DNA of 64,000 bases from Gammaproteobacteria bacterium (GCA_965277715.1 OZ255836.1:3264001-3328000); one strand, 5' to 3'; positions 47,886 to 58,878 are shown, counted from the stretch's first letter. Notes: generated by a model not told the origin, from the letters alone. Translations and numbers: made by a program.

Positions 47886-48725
47886 ATGAATAATACAGAT
47901 ATATACCCGCGACTGGCGTTTATTGGCGCCGGCAATATGGCGAGAAGCCTGATTGGTGGACTTATCGACCAGGGCTACCCCAGCAGTGCGATTACCGCCA
48001 GCGACATCAGTACCACCGCCCGTGAGGCGATACAGGCAGATTTTGGTATCCATGCTACGCAAGACAGCCCGGCCGCCACGCTGGCCGCTGATATAGTGGT
48101 GTTGGCCGTCAAGCCACAGGGTATGCGCGAGGTGTGTCAGGCACTGCGCAATTCAGTGCAGTCGGCAGCACCGCTGATCGTCTCGATTGCAGCCGGTATT
48201 CGCGCCTCAGATATGGATCGCTGGTTGGGCGGGGGCGTCGCCATTGTTCGCTGTATGCCCAATACACCCGCATTGGTGCAATGCGGCGCCAGTGGTTTAT
48301 ACGCCAATCCCGCCAGTGATGCCGTGCAGCGTGAACACGCACAGCGCATTCTCAGTGCCGTTAGCCGGGTGGTATGGGTAGACGAAGAAGACAAAATCGA
48401 TGCGGTAACCGCCGTTTCCGGGAGCGGCCCTGCGTATTTCTTTTTGGTGATTGAGGCCATGCAGGCCGCCGCTGAAAAACTTGGATTAAGTGCAGAGCAA
48501 GCCAATACATTGGTACTGGAGACCGCTTTCGGGGCCAGCAAAATGGCACGTGAGAGCGATTTTGATGCGGCCACTTTGCGAGCCAATGTGACGTCAAAGG
48601 GGGGTACCACAGCGGCGGCGATAGCCGTATTTGAAGACAAGGCATTGCGCCAGATGTTCTCCGAGGCCATGCACGCGGCGGCGGCACGCTCTATCGAACT
48701 CGGCAAACAATTGGGGGAAGACTAA
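47886..48725 (+). CDS. proC: Pyrroline-5-carboxylate reductase
   Basis: FIGAGNM, LAVKPQ, RCMPNTP, TAVSGSGPAY, VTSKGGTT. Confidence 0.96.
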   Translation: MNNTDIYPRLAFIGAGNMARSLIGGLIDQGYPSSAITASDISTTAREAIQADFGIHATQDSPAATLAADIVVLAVKPQGMREVCQALRNSVQSAAPLIVSIAAGIRASDMDRWLGGGVAIVRCMPNTPALVQCGASGLYANPASDAVQREHAQRILSAVSRVVWVDEEDKIDAVTAVSGSGPAYFFLVIEAMQAAAEKLGLSAEQANTLVLETAFGASKMARESDFDAATLRANVTSKGGTTAAAIAVFEDKALRQMFSEAMHAAAARSIELGKQLGED

Positions 48726-49316
48726 GTGAACCCAGGCACTGACGCGCTGAGCTACCTGCTCAATATACTGATTGACCTTTATGTCATGGTCGTTGCACTG
48801 CGCTTTTTAATGCAGGCAGTGCGCGCTGACTACTACAACCCGCTGGCACAATTTATTGTGCGCGCCAGCAACCCACCGCTGATTCCACTGCGCCGTGTGG
48901 TACCGGGGTTTGCCGGGCAGGACATCGCGGCACTGTTGCTCTGTTTTGCACTGTTGGCTGTGAAGCTGCTTTTATTCAAGCTGTTAGGTTTGGGGGTTAG
49001 TGCGGCAGGGTATGCCTTGAATGCGTCGGCCATCAGCGCGGTTGCGCTGTTTTACTTCGCCGCTGTCGACTTGCTGGCGTTGTTTTTTAATATCTTCTTT
49101 TTTGCGTTGATTGCCCAAGCGGTGATTAGCTGGATAAACCCAGGCGCCTACAACCCCATCAGTGGCCTGCTGCACAGCATTACCGCGCCGTTACTGCGGC
49201 CTGTGCAGCGGTATATCAAGCCGGTCGGTGGTCTGGATCTCTCGCCTCTGGTCGCTATCATCGGCCTGCAAGTGGCCAAAATTCTGGTGATTCAACCGCT
49301 GTTGAGTGTTTTTTGA
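48726..49316 (+). CDS. yggT: YggT family membrane protein
   Basis: RADYYNPLAQFIV, SWINP, GGLDLSP; yggS-proC-yggT synteny. Confidence 0.9.
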   Translation: MNPGTDALSYLLNILIDLYVMVVALRFLMQAVRADYYNPLAQFIVRASNPPLIPLRRVVPGFAGQDIAALLLCFALLAVKLLLFKLLGLGVSAAGYALNASAISAVALFYFAAVDLLALFFNIFFFALIAQAVISWINPGAYNPISGLLHSITAPLLRPVQRYIKPVGGLDLSPLVAIIGLQVAKILVIQPLLSVF

Positions 49317-49347
49317 TTGGGGTTTAATCAGCGGTGAAATAACCTGC

Positions 49348-50085
49348 CTACTTCATTTCAAACCCACGGTCACGCAAAAAACCCCGCATATATGGCCGGG
49401 ATTCCCTGCCCAGCAAGCCAGACATTTGCTCGCTCCAGCACATGGATTTTTTGCCCCCTGTGCGAGTGCGGTAGTATTCGCGCACGTGTTCATCGTATGC
49501 GCGGATGGTCTCTGCGTCACCCACTTCGCAATAGGTATCTGTTTTCATCACAACCGATACCGGCAGACGGGGCTTTACCTCTGGGTCTTGCGCCGGATAA
49601 CCGAGGCACAAGCCAAACACGGGGTAGACACCATGGGGCAGCGCCAATAATTCCGATGCCCGCTGTGGGTCGTTGCGGATACCACCGATATAACAAATAC
49701 CCAGGCCCATCGATTCAGCGGCCACCACGACATTTTGTGCCATCAGTGCCACATCGACGGTGGCGATAATAAACTGCTCGGTAAACCCCTCGGTGGCTTG
49801 TGCACCGTGCATTTCACAGCAATTCGATGAGCGGTGCAGGTCTGCACAAAACACCAGAAACTCCGCCGCCGTGGCGATGTAAGCCTGGTTCCCCGATAAG
49901 GCGACAAACTGTTTGCGCACGTCCGGGTTGCGCACTCTGATAACGGTAGTACCCTGTAGGAAGCTGGATGTTGCCGCGCCCTGCCCGGCGCGAATCAGCT
50001 CATCCAGGGTGGTGTCGTCGATGGCCTCTTCGGTAAATTTTCGAATGGATCGGTGCGATTGTAATAACGCGATAGTCGGGTTCAT
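49348..50085 (-). CDS. nfsA: Oxygen-insensitive NADPH nitroreductase
   Basis: HRSIRKF, AATSSFLQ, FCADLHR, GLGICYIGGIRN, KPRLP. Confidence 0.88.
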   Translation of the reverse strand: MNPTIALLQSHRSIRKFTEEAIDDTTLDELIRAGQGAATSSFLQGTTVIRVRNPDVRKQFVALSGNQAYIATAAEFLVFCADLHRSSNCCEMHGAQATEGFTEQFIIATVDVALMAQNVVVAAESMGLGICYIGGIRNDPQRASELLALPHGVYPVFGLCLGYPAQDPEVKPRLPVSVVMKTDTYCEVGDAETIRAYDEHVREYYRTRTGGKKSMCWSEQMSGLLGRESRPYMRGFLRDRGFEMK

Positions 50086-50125
50086 AAATAACTCAAAAGA
50101 TGCAGTGATAATTATTGAATCTAAA

Positions 50126-50836
50126 TTAATTCAGGTTGAAATAACCGGCAATCAAGCCGATTGCGCCGCCAAAGACACCCCCCCAGACAACCAGCCATCC
50201 AAGGTGTTTTTTTATCATTTCCTGGACAATTTCTTTCACCAGTTGTGGGGTTAGCTCATCCAGACGTTTTTCGATAACATGAGCAATTTTCCGGCGAATA
50301 CTGTCATCACTGCTGGAGTGCATAATACCCTCATGCAGCATGGCGTTAAATTCTTCGGTTTTGGCAATTTCCAGCAGGGATTGTTTCATTTTTTCTGAGA
50401 ACGGCTGCTTTAACGGCTGTAGCGCTTCGGTGCCGCCCAGCATCGACAGCATGCCGCCAAATGATGACGCCTGGATCACACTCACCAGGCCATCAAATGC
50501 CGGTGATAAATCGGTTTTTTCAATAATCGGGGCCAAATCCAACGCACTGTCTTGTGTATTGGTTGCCGACAAAAACCGCTGAATGTTCTCTGCGGTAAAA
50601 AACTGTTCCATCATCAGTTTGCGGATACCCCCCTTAAACTCCTCAAAACGTGCGGGAATAACACCAGAACCGTATAACCCCGGTATTTTCTCGAACAACA
50701 TATGCACCGCCAGCCAGTTGGTCAGCGCACCGGAGAGTGCAAACAACCCCACTGAAAAAGCCAATGGTTGTGCATAAAAGTAAGCCCCCACGACCAGTAG
50801 CGCCGCCAGGAGATTGGTTACCAGACTTTTGTTCAC
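50126..50836 (-). CDS. DUF445-like membrane protein
   Basis: GALTNWLAVHMLFEKIPGLYGSGVIP and HLGWLVVWGGVFGG termini. Confidence 0.75.
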   Translation of the reverse strand: MNKSLVTNLLAALLVVGAYFYAQPLAFSVGLFALSGALTNWLAVHMLFEKIPGLYGSGVIPARFEEFKGGIRKLMMEQFFTAENIQRFLSATNTQDSALDLAPIIEKTDLSPAFDGLVSVIQASSFGGMLSMLGGTEALQPLKQPFSEKMKQSLLEIAKTEEFNAMLHEGIMHSSSDDSIRRKIAHVIEKRLDELTPQLVKEIVQEMIKKHLGWLVVWGGVFGGAIGLIAGYFNLN

Positions 50837-50882
50837 TGTTTTTACCTGAAATTTTTGTCGGGATGGTCTTAGATTAATAGCG

Positions 50883-51221
50883 TCATCTTTTTATATATTC
50901 AAGCGGCGTCGGGGTGTTAATGCGCGCTGTCTGGTCGTCTCTGATATCGCGTGTAATAAGGTGGTCAATATTGTTTTCCAGTGCAGTTTAATATTTTTAC
51001 CAGTGATGTAAGCCTGATAATACACTTTATTGCCTTATTTCGATCAAAATGTTTATTCAGGATATAAAATAAACCGGCAATAACAACAGGTGATGTATAA
51101 GCAAGGATTACCTTGTTCTGTATCAGTAAAATAGTTCGATCGCAGGCGCAAAATTTGGCTCTCGCTCGGTAAGCAAATCAAGAATAACATCTGTGTCGAG
51201 AAAGATTTTTTCCTTTTTCAC
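50883..51221 (-). pseudogene. PIN-domain toxin pseudogene
   Basis: KIFLDTDVILDLLTEREP, then a frameshift and internal loss, then ENNIDHLITRDIRD...TPLEY. Confidence 0.7.
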
Positions 51222-51459
51222 TGGTGTTTTTTTCCAGGTAATCAATGTGTGCATTCTTTTCTGAATCTAAATCCACATCGTTTAATAAACCCGCAAGCTC
51301 ACCAATGACGCCGGTAACTTTGGGTGCACCGGTGACGGCGTCATTTGTCATTTTCCCGAAGTAATTTTCTACCAATTCAGACACTGAGATGTGCTGGGAT
51401 TGTGCGAACAATTTGGCTGACTGGATGATGTTTTCATCCATTTGATGTCTATGGCGCAT
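51178..51459 (-). pseudogene. DUF6364-like antitoxin, probably decayed
   Basis: DENIIQSAKLFAQSQHISVSELVENYF; one more A in the A7 tract would give YLEKKHQ* overlapping the PIN start. Confidence 0.6.
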
Positions 51460-51504
51460 TTTGGTTTCTTCAATGATCTGCTAACTGATATTATCCGCTA
51501 AACG

Positions 51505-51640
51505 AGGTGTCCTAAAACTATTGCGTTCGGTGATGCGGTGTTGGAAATCGACAAAAAATGCGCATTTGTTCCATGTAAGCGGCGTTTTTTACCCATTTTC
51601 GCCTTGTCTCACCTCCGCTCGTGACGTTTTTAGGCACGCT
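51505..51640. mobile_element. Possible MITE-like intergenic element (second family)
   Basis: Short imperfect terminal IR GTGTCCTAAAA...TTTTAGGCAC around ~130 bp of non-coding DNA; single copy in the window. Confidence 0.4.
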
Positions 51641-51695
51641 TTAATGTAGGCAATGCTTCGATAAAAAGAAAAAAACCAACACCCTGCGCGCACTT

Positions 51696-52412
51696 ATGAG
51701 CAATACAAGCCATTCCCATCACGTCCTTATCGTCGAAGACGACGCCGTGACGCGCACACGGATAACAGCTTACTTTGAAGCGGAGGGGTATCGCGTTAGC
51801 GAATCGGAAGATGGCAATGGTATCCACCGGCTATTGGCTGAATCCAATATTGATGTGGTGCTGATGGATATTAACCTGCCGGGCAACGATGGCCTGCAAC
51901 TGGCCAAAACGCTGAGTGAAAAAACCGATGTCGGGATTATTCTGGTGAGTGCACGCGACGATGAAATTGACCGTATCGTCGGTCTGGAGATTGGCGCTGA
52001 CGACTATGTGACGAAACCGTTTAACCCGCGTGAGCTGTTGGCGAGGGTGAAAAACCTGATTCGCCGTAGCCAGTCTGACTGGCACAAACACAACAAACAG
52101 CGCAGCAAATCATTTTCCGGCTGGACACTGGATTTATCGCGCCGCTGCCTCGATTCTGATGCACAGACCAATATCCCTCTCACCCGTGGTGAATTTGAGT
52201 TATTGATCGCGTTTCTCGACCATCCGGGTGAAACCTTACACCGCGAACGGTTGATGGAGAAAATTACCCATCGGGTGTGGACACCCAATGAGCGCACCAT
52301 CGATGTATTGGTGCGCCGACTGCGCAGTAAGCTTGAATCTAACCCGCACGAGCCAGGTATTATTCTCACTGTACACGGTGAGGGGTATTTGTTTGCCAGT
52401 GAGGTGTTGTAA
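51696..52412 (+). CDS. OmpR-family response regulator (TorR/ArcA-like)
   Basis: VEDDAVTR, MDINLPG, GLEIGADDYVTKPF, LTRGEF, RTIDVLVRRLR, TVHGEGY. Confidence 0.88.
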   Translation: MSNTSHSHHVLIVEDDAVTRTRITAYFEAEGYRVSESEDGNGIHRLLAESNIDVVLMDINLPGNDGLQLAKTLSEKTDVGIILVSARDDEIDRIVGLEIGADDYVTKPFNPRELLARVKNLIRRSQSDWHKHNKQRSKSFSGWTLDLSRRCLDSDAQTNIPLTRGEFELLIAFLDHPGETLHRERLMEKITHRVWTPNERTIDVLVRRLRSKLESNPHEPGIILTVHGEGYLFASEVL

Positions 52413-52421
52413 TAAGAGGGG

Positions 52422-52688
52422 CTAATCCAAGGTGTGCTGGTTTAGTTTTTTGCGCAAAGTGCCCCGGCTGATACCCAAATACTCTGCGGCGCGGGTTTGG
52501 TTTCCGCCGGTTTTGCGCAGCACGACATCGAGTAGGGTTTGCTCAACTTCTCCCACCACCATTTTATACAGCTCGCCTGGCTTCTGCCCACCCAGCATTT
52601 CAAAATAACGTTGTAGTTCGGTTTCCACGCACACTTTAAGCGGGGTTTTCACACTGGTCATATTGGCAGTAAGGTCTTTATGCGGCAC
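52422..52688 (-). CDS. fis: Fis family DNA-binding protein
   Basis: LYKMVVGEVE..LL..GNQTRAAEYLGISRGTLRKKL; downstream of dusB. Confidence 0.9.
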   Translation of the reverse strand: MPHKDLTANMTSVKTPLKVCVETELQRYFEMLGGQKPGELYKMVVGEVEQTLLDVVLRKTGGNQTRAAEYLGISRGTLRKKLNQHTLD

Positions 52689-53691
52689 TGCTTAGCACCT
52701 GTTCTTTATGCCAGTATTGTTGATCCCAGCATTGGTCTTCAAAATAGCGCTGTACCATGGCGAGTTGCTCCGTGCAGGAATCGGTATGGTTCACCGCATC
52801 GCGAAAGCGTGCACTACCGGGCCGGGATTTGCAGTACCAACCGATGTGTTTGCGCGCCACCCGGGCGCCGGTGCGTTCACCGTAAAATGCGTACAGGTTA
52901 CGCAAATGAGAGAGGAGTACATCGCGGACTTCATCGGTGTTTGGTGGTGCACGTTTTTTACCCGTTTTCAGGTAGTGTTCAATCTCGCGAAAGATCCACG
53001 GGTTGCCCTGTGCGGCACGGCCAATCATCACGGCATCCGCCGCTGTGTAATCGAGCACATATTTGGCGTCTTCAGGGGTACGGATATCGCCATTGGCTAT
53101 CACCGGGATGGCTATCGCCGCTTTAATCGCCGCGATGGTGTCATACTCAGCGTCTCCTTTGTATTTGTCAGCGCGGGTCCGCCCGTGAACGGCCAGTGCC
53201 TGGATGCCTGCGTCCTCTGCAATTTTTGCGATGACCACACCGTTGCGGCGGCTGCGATCCGGGCCGGTGCGGATTTTTAAGGTAACGGGCACCGACACAG
53301 CATCGACCACTGTACTGAGGATACGGGCCACCAGATCCTCGTCGCTGAGCAGCGCTGAACCCGCCAGTGCATTGCATACCCGCTTGGCTGGGCAGCCCAT
53401 ATTGATGTCGATAATTTGCGCGCCGTTGTCAACATTATGGCGGGCCGCATTGGCCAGCATATCTGGATCAGCCCCGGCAATCTGCACGATGCGCGGCGCC
53501 ACTTCACCGGTGTGATCCATCCGCCGCCGGGTCTGCTCAGAACCCCAGAGCAGTGCATTGGCAACCACCATTTCCGAGACGGCCATCCCCGCGCCCAAGG
53601 TTTTGGATAAGTGCCGGAATGGGCGATCGGTAACACCCGCCATCGGTGCCAGTACCAGGTTGTTGGGAAGTTTGTAAGAGCCTATTTGCAC
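52678..53691 (-). CDS. dusB: tRNA-dihydrouridine synthase B
   Basis: LAPMAGVTDRPFR, IDINMGCPAK, HGRTR, NGDI, MIGRAAQG, ARKH. Confidence 0.95.
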   Translation of the reverse strand: MQIGSYKLPNNLVLAPMAGVTDRPFRHLSKTLGAGMAVSEMVVANALLWGSEQTRRRMDHTGEVAPRIVQIAGADPDMLANAARHNVDNGAQIIDINMGCPAKRVCNALAGSALLSDEDLVARILSTVVDAVSVPVTLKIRTGPDRSRRNGVVIAKIAEDAGIQALAVHGRTRADKYKGDAEYDTIAAIKAAIAIPVIANGDIRTPEDAKYVLDYTAADAVMIGRAAQGNPWIFREIEHYLKTGKKRAPPNTDEVRDVLLSHLRNLYAFYGERTGARVARKHIGWYCKSRPGSARFRDAVNHTDSCTEQLAMVQRYFEDQCWDQQYWHKEQVLSSAA

Positions 53692-53907
53692 AGTGATTAA
53701 TTATAGTTATTTTAATGGAAGAGGATCATACCGAGTTTGCCGGTAGACGAAAAGACCTGTGTGGCATGCTTTTAGGTATTGGTGGCACGTTAAAGAAGCG
53801 AAAATCCGCACTGAAAAATCCGCCTGCGCGGTAGAGTTATCGGGCACTTATTGTTAATCAGGGCTAACGACCTACCACCGGTTCAGGCAATATCTGGTGC
53901 GCGTCTC

Positions 53908-54816
53908 TCATAAAAATGCCAGCTCAAATGTCAATGCATCGTTACCTGGATCATGCACCTCAAGGGTGATTGTCACGGGCGACCCCGGCGACATTAAGCC
54001 GCTGGCACTGGATGCATCGAGATAATTTTCTGGTGTGAAGTTCCGTTGGGCAATGATTTCCCCGCGCACATTAGCCATGTGGATGGCCAGGGTTGGAAAG
54101 GGTTGTGCATAGTGCGCGTTATTAATCATCGCCAGGCTGATAATCAATGCGTCGTCGATATTCGGGTGTGAATAAACGCTGTGCCTCAATAATTCGATTG
54201 CATCGATGTTGCGCAGTGGATCGGGCTGGCAGCCGGTGTAGTGGCAAAACTGCTGGAGTACCGGGCGAATCTGTGGCTCGGTCATCAATGCAGCCCAATG
54301 GTTGTATACCCATTGCCCGCCGAGCGTCAGGAGCAAAATAACACACCCCAATGACCACCAGCCTGTACCCGATGCAGTGCGTGGTTTGGTCTGGTGCAGT
54401 AATTCGAGGGGGTCTTCCTCATCCCGCAGGGCGCTGTTATCGGGTTCGGGGTCGGGATCATTGGAGGCTGTGGGTTGCCCGCTGACTATGGGGTTAAGTG
54501 TGTCATCCCAGTCGTCGTCAAATGGTGAAATACCCCAAGGTGGTGGGTCGTCTTCAAAACCGGTAATACCTCCACGTCGGCGTGTGTCTGCCTGACCGGC
54601 GCCCGGTTTCGCTGGGGGGTAAGTTGTATTTGGCGATGAGTGGGTCGGGGTGGTTGACCGGATCTTTGTCGCTATAGGCGGTGGTTCGTGTAGCAGGCAA
54701 TCCCGCGCATTAAACACGGTGCGGCACACACCACAGCGGGCGCGGGCATCGAGTGTGTCGATCAGTTCCTGTTTGACTGCAAACAGGGTTTCACATTTAG
54801 GGCAACGGGTTTGCAT
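53908..54816 (-). CDS. Zinc-ribbon / DUF3426 domain protein
   Basis: TRCPKCETLF...RCGVCRTVF, TM helix, C-terminal domain; prmA-dusB context. Confidence 0.85.
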   Translation of the reverse strand: MQTRCPKCETLFAVKQELIDTLDARARCGVCRTVFNARDCLLHEPPPIATKIRSTTPTHSSPNTTYPPAKPGAGQADTRRRGGITGFEDDPPPWGISPFDDDWDDTLNPIVSGQPTASNDPDPEPDNSALRDEEDPLELLHQTKPRTASGTGWWSLGCVILLLTLGGQWVYNHWAALMTEPQIRPVLQQFCHYTGCQPDPLRNIDAIELLRHSVYSHPNIDDALIISLAMINNAHYAQPFPTLAIHMANVRGEIIAQRNFTPENYLDASSASGLMSPGSPVTITLEVHDPGNDALTFELAFL

Positions 54817-54833
54817 AGGGTGGCGTGTTCAGG

Positions 54834-55799
54834 CTAACCGTCCGCAGGTAAATGTTGTGGCTGCTCGCGCCGTCTGGCGGACAGGCAGGCCCAGCACTCA
54901 TCGGCAGTGCATTGCATGGATTCAAACCAGGGCGTGTAGGCTGCCCATACAGCGTCGACCTGTTCAACCAACAAACCCGACAAGACAATACGCCCACCGC
55001 CTGCACACAGTGTCGCCAGGGTTTGGGCGAGGTCAATCAGTGGCCCGGCCAGAATATTGGCGATGACAATATCTGCCGCAGCGATACCCACTTGCGCTGC
55101 GTCTGTTTGAGCATTTTTTACCGGGGTTATACAGGTACACGACAACTGTGCCCCGACGCAGTTAACCCGTGCATTGTCAACGCTTGCCTGAACGGCCTGT
55201 GGGTCTATATCGGTCGCGTAAACGTGGCTGGCTCCCAGCAACAAGGCGGCGATACCGAGCACGCCGGAACCACAGCCATAATCGACAACGGTGGCATTGT
55301 GTACATCGTTAGCGTCCAGCCAGCGCAAGCACATGGCTGTAGTGGGGTGGGTGCCTGTACCAAAGGCGAGACCGGGGTCGAGTCGTAAGACCACAGCGGG
55401 GGGTGGCGGTGGTTCAAGTGCCAGTGGGCATATCCATAAACGCTGACCGAACTGCATAGGGACAAAATCATCCAGCCAGGCCCGCGACCAAAGGCGGTCG
55501 GGTAGATGTTCAACCTGAATAGCCTGCCGGTCGAACGCGTCTATTTTGCCTGATAAGTCGGTCAGTATGCGGGTGTAGTCGCTGCCTTGTGCGAACAACG
55601 CCGTTAGATTGAGGGTCTCCCACAAAATGATCTCACCCGGCCCTGGTTCCAGCACAGGGTTGTCTTCACCGTCCCGGTAGGTAATCGATAGTGCACCAAC
55701 GGCCTGCAGGGCAGACTCCCAGCACGGCAGTTGGTCTGGAGCCAGGTCGATACGCAGTTGCAACCAGTCTGTTTGCGGGCAGGCCTCTGGTTTGAGCAT
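54834..55799 (-). CDS. prmA: Ribosomal protein L11 methyltransferase
   Basis: LDPGLAFGTGTHPTT, DYGCGSGVL, DIDPQA, ANILAGPL, LSGLL. Confidence 0.95.
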   Translation of the reverse strand: MLKPEACPQTDWLQLRIDLAPDQLPCWESALQAVGALSITYRDGEDNPVLEPGPGEIILWETLNLTALFAQGSDYTRILTDLSGKIDAFDRQAIQVEHLPDRLWSRAWLDDFVPMQFGQRLWICPLALEPPPPPAVVLRLDPGLAFGTGTHPTTAMCLRWLDANDVHNATVVDYGCGSGVLGIAALLLGASHVYATDIDPQAVQASVDNARVNCVGAQLSCTCITPVKNAQTDAAQVGIAAADIVIANILAGPLIDLAQTLATLCAGGGRIVLSGLLVEQVDAVWAAYTPWFESMQCTADECWACLSARRREQPQHLPADG

Positions 55800-55803
55800 A
55801 CCG

Positions 55804-57144
55804 TTATATTCCGAGTTTTTTCTCCAGGTAGTGAATATCCATACCTCCCTGGCGAAACCCCTGATCACTAAAGATGCGTTGTTGCAGAGGGATATTGGTT
55901 TTTATTCCGTCGATGAATATTTCACTGAGCGCGCCATTCATGCGCGCCGATGCTGAATTACGCGTATTGCCCCAGACGATGAGTTTGCCGATCATCGAGT
56001 CGTAATTCGGTGGTACTTTGTAGCCGTTGTAGATGTGTGAATCGACCCGCACACCCAGGCCACCGGGCACATGGTATTGGCTGATGGTGCCTGGTGAAGG
56101 CATAAAGGTCTCGGGGTCTTCGGCGTTGATGCGGCACTCGAAGGCGTGGCCTTTGATTTTGACATCCTCCTGTTTGTAATACAGCGGCTCACCTGCGGCG
56201 ATATGCAGTTGCTGGCGAATAATATCGATGCCGGTAATCATTTCCGTAACCGGGTGCTCTACCTGCACGCGGGTATTCATTTCGATAAAGTAGAATTCGT
56301 CATTCTCGTACAAAAATTCAAACGTACCCGCCCCCCGATAGCCAATGCGTCGGCACGCTTCGGCGCAGCGCTCACCAATTCTATTGCGCACTTCCGGTGT
56401 AATTCCCGGTGCCGGTGCCTCTTCGACCACTTTCTGGTGACGGCGCTGCATCGAACAGTCGCGCTCCCCCAGGTGGATGGCGTTGCCATGTTCATCGGCG
56501 AGCACCTGAAATTCGACATGGCGCGGTGTGCCGAGGAATTTTTCCATGTACACAACGTCGTTATTAAACGCTGCGGCCGCCTCCGCTTTGGTTAAGGCAA
56601 TCGACTCGATCAGGTCTTCGGCGCGTTCGACCACACGCATACCGCGCCCGCCGCCACCGCCAGCGGCTTTAACAATTACCGGGTAGCCAATGGTTTCGGC
56701 TATGTCCAGGTTGCGCTGGGCATTGTTATCCAGCGGGCCATCTGAACCGGGGACACAAGGCACGCCCGCCGCCCGCATCTCGCGAATCGCGGCGACTTTA
56801 TCGCCCATGATACGAATAGTTTCGGCGCGTGGGCCAATAAAGACAAAACCGCTGGATTCGACCCGTTCGGCAAAATCGGCGTTTTCAGAGAGAAAGCCGT
56901 AACCGGGGTGAATGGCGTCGGCGTTGGTAATTTCTGCCGCGCTGATCAGCGCGGGAATATTAAGGTAACTCTTGACTGAGGGCGCGGGGCCGATGCACAC
57001 CGTCTCATCAGCCAGGCGTACATGTTTTAGGTCACGGTCTGCACTGGAGTAGACCGCGACGGTTTTAATGCCCCGGTCACGACAACAGCGCATGATGCGC
57101 AAGGCGATTTCGCCACGGTTGGCGATCAGTACTTTTTTTAGCAT
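55804..57144 (-). CDS. accC: Acetyl-CoA carboxylase, biotin carboxylase
   Basis: [51 protein letters not shown]. Confidence 0.97.
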   Translation of the reverse strand: MLKKVLIANRGEIALRIMRCCRDRGIKTVAVYSSADRDLKHVRLADETVCIGPAPSVKSYLNIPALISAAEITNADAIHPGYGFLSENADFAERVESSGFVFIGPRAETIRIMGDKVAAIREMRAAGVPCVPGSDGPLDNNAQRNLDIAETIGYPVIVKAAGGGGGRGMRVVERAEDLIESIALTKAEAAAAFNNDVVYMEKFLGTPRHVEFQVLADEHGNAIHLGERDCSMQRRHQKVVEEAPAPGITPEVRNRIGERCAEACRRIGYRGAGTFEFLYENDEFYFIEMNTRVQVEHPVTEMITGIDIIRQQLHIAAGEPLYYKQEDVKIKGHAFECRINAEDPETFMPSPGTISQYHVPGGLGVRVDSHIYNGYKVPPNYDSMIGKLIVWGNTRNSASARMNGALSEIFIDGIKTNIPLQQRIFSDQGFRQGGMDIHYLEKKLGI

Positions 57145-57158
57145 AGTGATCCCGCCGT

Positions 57159-57629
57159 CTATTCGATCACGAACAGCGGTTCGCCAAACTCTACCGGCTG
57201 ACCGTCTTCAACCAATACAGCCCGCACGGTACCGGATGCCTCGGCCTCGATTTGATTGAGGATTTTCATCGCTTCAATAATGCACAGGTTAGTCCCTGCG
57301 CTCACCGTGTCACCGACATTGACAAAGGGTTCAGCTCCCGGCGATGAGGCGCGGTAAAAAGTACCCACCATCGGTGAGGTAAATGTATTCGCGGCGGGGG
57401 CGGCGGGTGCTGGCTCAGGCGTGGGGGGGGCAGTGTTGGCTAACGTCGGCATCGCTTGCATCGGCGCCTGGGGCAGCGCCTGGGGCATCATCATGGGCGC
57501 TGCCATTTGAGTCGCCAGAGGGCCACGGTTAATCCGCACCGACTCTTCGCCCTCCTGTATTTCAATTTCAGAAATATCTGAATTTTCAACGAGTTCGATC
57601 AGTTTTTTTATTTTACGAATATCCATCAA
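57159..57629 (-). CDS. accB: Biotin carboxyl carrier protein
   Basis: [24 protein letters not shown]. Confidence 0.97.
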   Translation of the reverse strand: MMDIRKIKKLIELVENSDISEIEIQEGEESVRINRGPLATQMAAPMMMPQALPQAPMQAMPTLANTAPPTPEPAPAAPAANTFTSPMVGTFYRASSPGAEPFVNVGDTVSAGTNLCIIEAMKILNQIEAEASGTVRAVLVEDGQPVEFGEPLFVIE

Positions 57630-57673
57630 GGTTACCCAGACAATGAAATGGTTTGGCCTAAATTAATTTAGGT

Positions 57674-58105
57674 TTAATGGTTCAGCGCGACCTGCAAGGC
57701 AAATTGGTAGCCTTTGGCTCCCAAACCTGTAATCACGCCAACGGCTATGTCAGAAAAATACGAGTGGTGTCGAAATGCATCACGGGAGTAAACATTGGAC
57801 AAATGCACCTCAATAAAGGGAATCGATACGGCTAGCAAGGCGTCGCGCAAGGCCACACTGGTGTGGGTAAACGCGGCGGGGTTGATGATAATAAAGTCGA
57901 CCGATTCGTCGCGTGCTGTGTGAATACGCCCGATCAAATCAGCTTCTGCGTTGCTTTGAAAGTGCGCCAGAGACGCCCCGGCATCACCTGCCTGTTCGAC
58001 CAGGCGTTGGTTGATGGCGGCCAGCGTATCGTTGCCGTAGTGGCCCGGTTCACGGGTGCCGAGTAAATTCAGATTGGGGCCGTGCAGTGTAAGTATTTTC
58101 CGCAT
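57674..58105 (-). CDS. aroQ: Type II 3-dehydroquinate dehydratase
   Basis: [29 protein letters not shown]. Confidence 0.96.
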   Translation of the reverse strand: MRKILTLHGPNLNLLGTREPGHYGNDTLAAINQRLVEQAGDAGASLAHFQSNAEADLIGRIHTARDESVDFIIINPAAFTHTSVALRDALLAVSIPFIEVHLSNVYSRDAFRHHSYFSDIAVGVITGLGAKGYQFALQVALNH

Positions 58106-58281
58106 TGCTTATTGTATTGTGTCGGCACAGGAAGTGAAACGGATAGTCTGCCGGAATTCACAAAAATTGTCCACTTAGTGGTGGTTGCAGGGTATTTACC
58201 GGGAAATCACAACATTTCACGTATTTTACTCACTCCCCATAGTGATTGAGAACGCCCCCTGTCAGGCGCTCGTAGCGAGGT

Positions 58282-58312
58282 AAAAGCCCCTTTCAGTGGG
58301 AGAGAGGCTTTT
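58282..58312 (-). terminator. Probable intrinsic terminator hairpin
   Basis: AAAAGCC...GGCTTTT imperfect hairpin 20 nt downstream of the YHS gene stop; resembles the hairpin at 26951. Confidence 0.45.
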
Positions 58313-58332
58313 GGTCGGTACTCACAATAAAC

Positions 58333-58801
58333 CTACTGGCTCAACGATAGCCAAAACGCATTGCCTTTTTCAAGGTTGGATGACAAATCACCCAGCCACT
58401 GGGTGTTGACGCGTTGGCTGTAGTTCAAGTACAGCTTGTCATCGATGATACGCCAGGCGGATGGGTCGACATCGGCCAGTGCATTGTGCGCAGCGGCAAA
58501 GGCACAATGCCCACCAAACTGGGGTGCATACTTTTCCGGGTTGTTTTCAAACAGCGTTTTATTTTCGGCGCTGGAGAATGCCCATTTGGCCCCGTTGTAT
58601 TCAGCCAGAAATTTATCTGAACCCTGTACCGGCCTGCCTTCGGTAAAGTAGGCGACGGTATCGTAGCCATGAATGGCCAAACCGTCTCCACCTTTGGTAT
58701 TAAAAACCGTCTCCACCTTTGGTATTAACCGGTGTTGCTGCGCTGGCAGCACCGCCAATAAACAGCAGCGAGAGAAGGGCGTAAATAAGAGGGTGTTTCA
58801 T
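58333..58801 (-). pseudogene. Secreted YHS-domain protein frameshifted by a 25-bp tandem duplication
   Basis: AIHGYDTVAYF, WAFSS, PEKYAPQFGGHCA, KLYLNY; signal peptide from ATG 58801 is out of frame because 58679-58703 is duplicated. Confidence 0.85.
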
Positions 58802-58878
58802 GGTGTAGTCTCCAGTGTCGGCGTAACAAACACAGACAACCCACAATAACATTTGTTCACTACAGTACGCCCAGACTC

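Noticed and set aside
51696-52412. Orphan response regulator as a novel system
   Set aside because: ArcA/TorR-like regulators are often unlinked from their kinases; nothing unusual in the sequence
58333-58801. Selenoprotein readthrough in the YHS gene
   Set aside because: The interruption is a 25-bp duplication giving TAA, not an in-frame TGA
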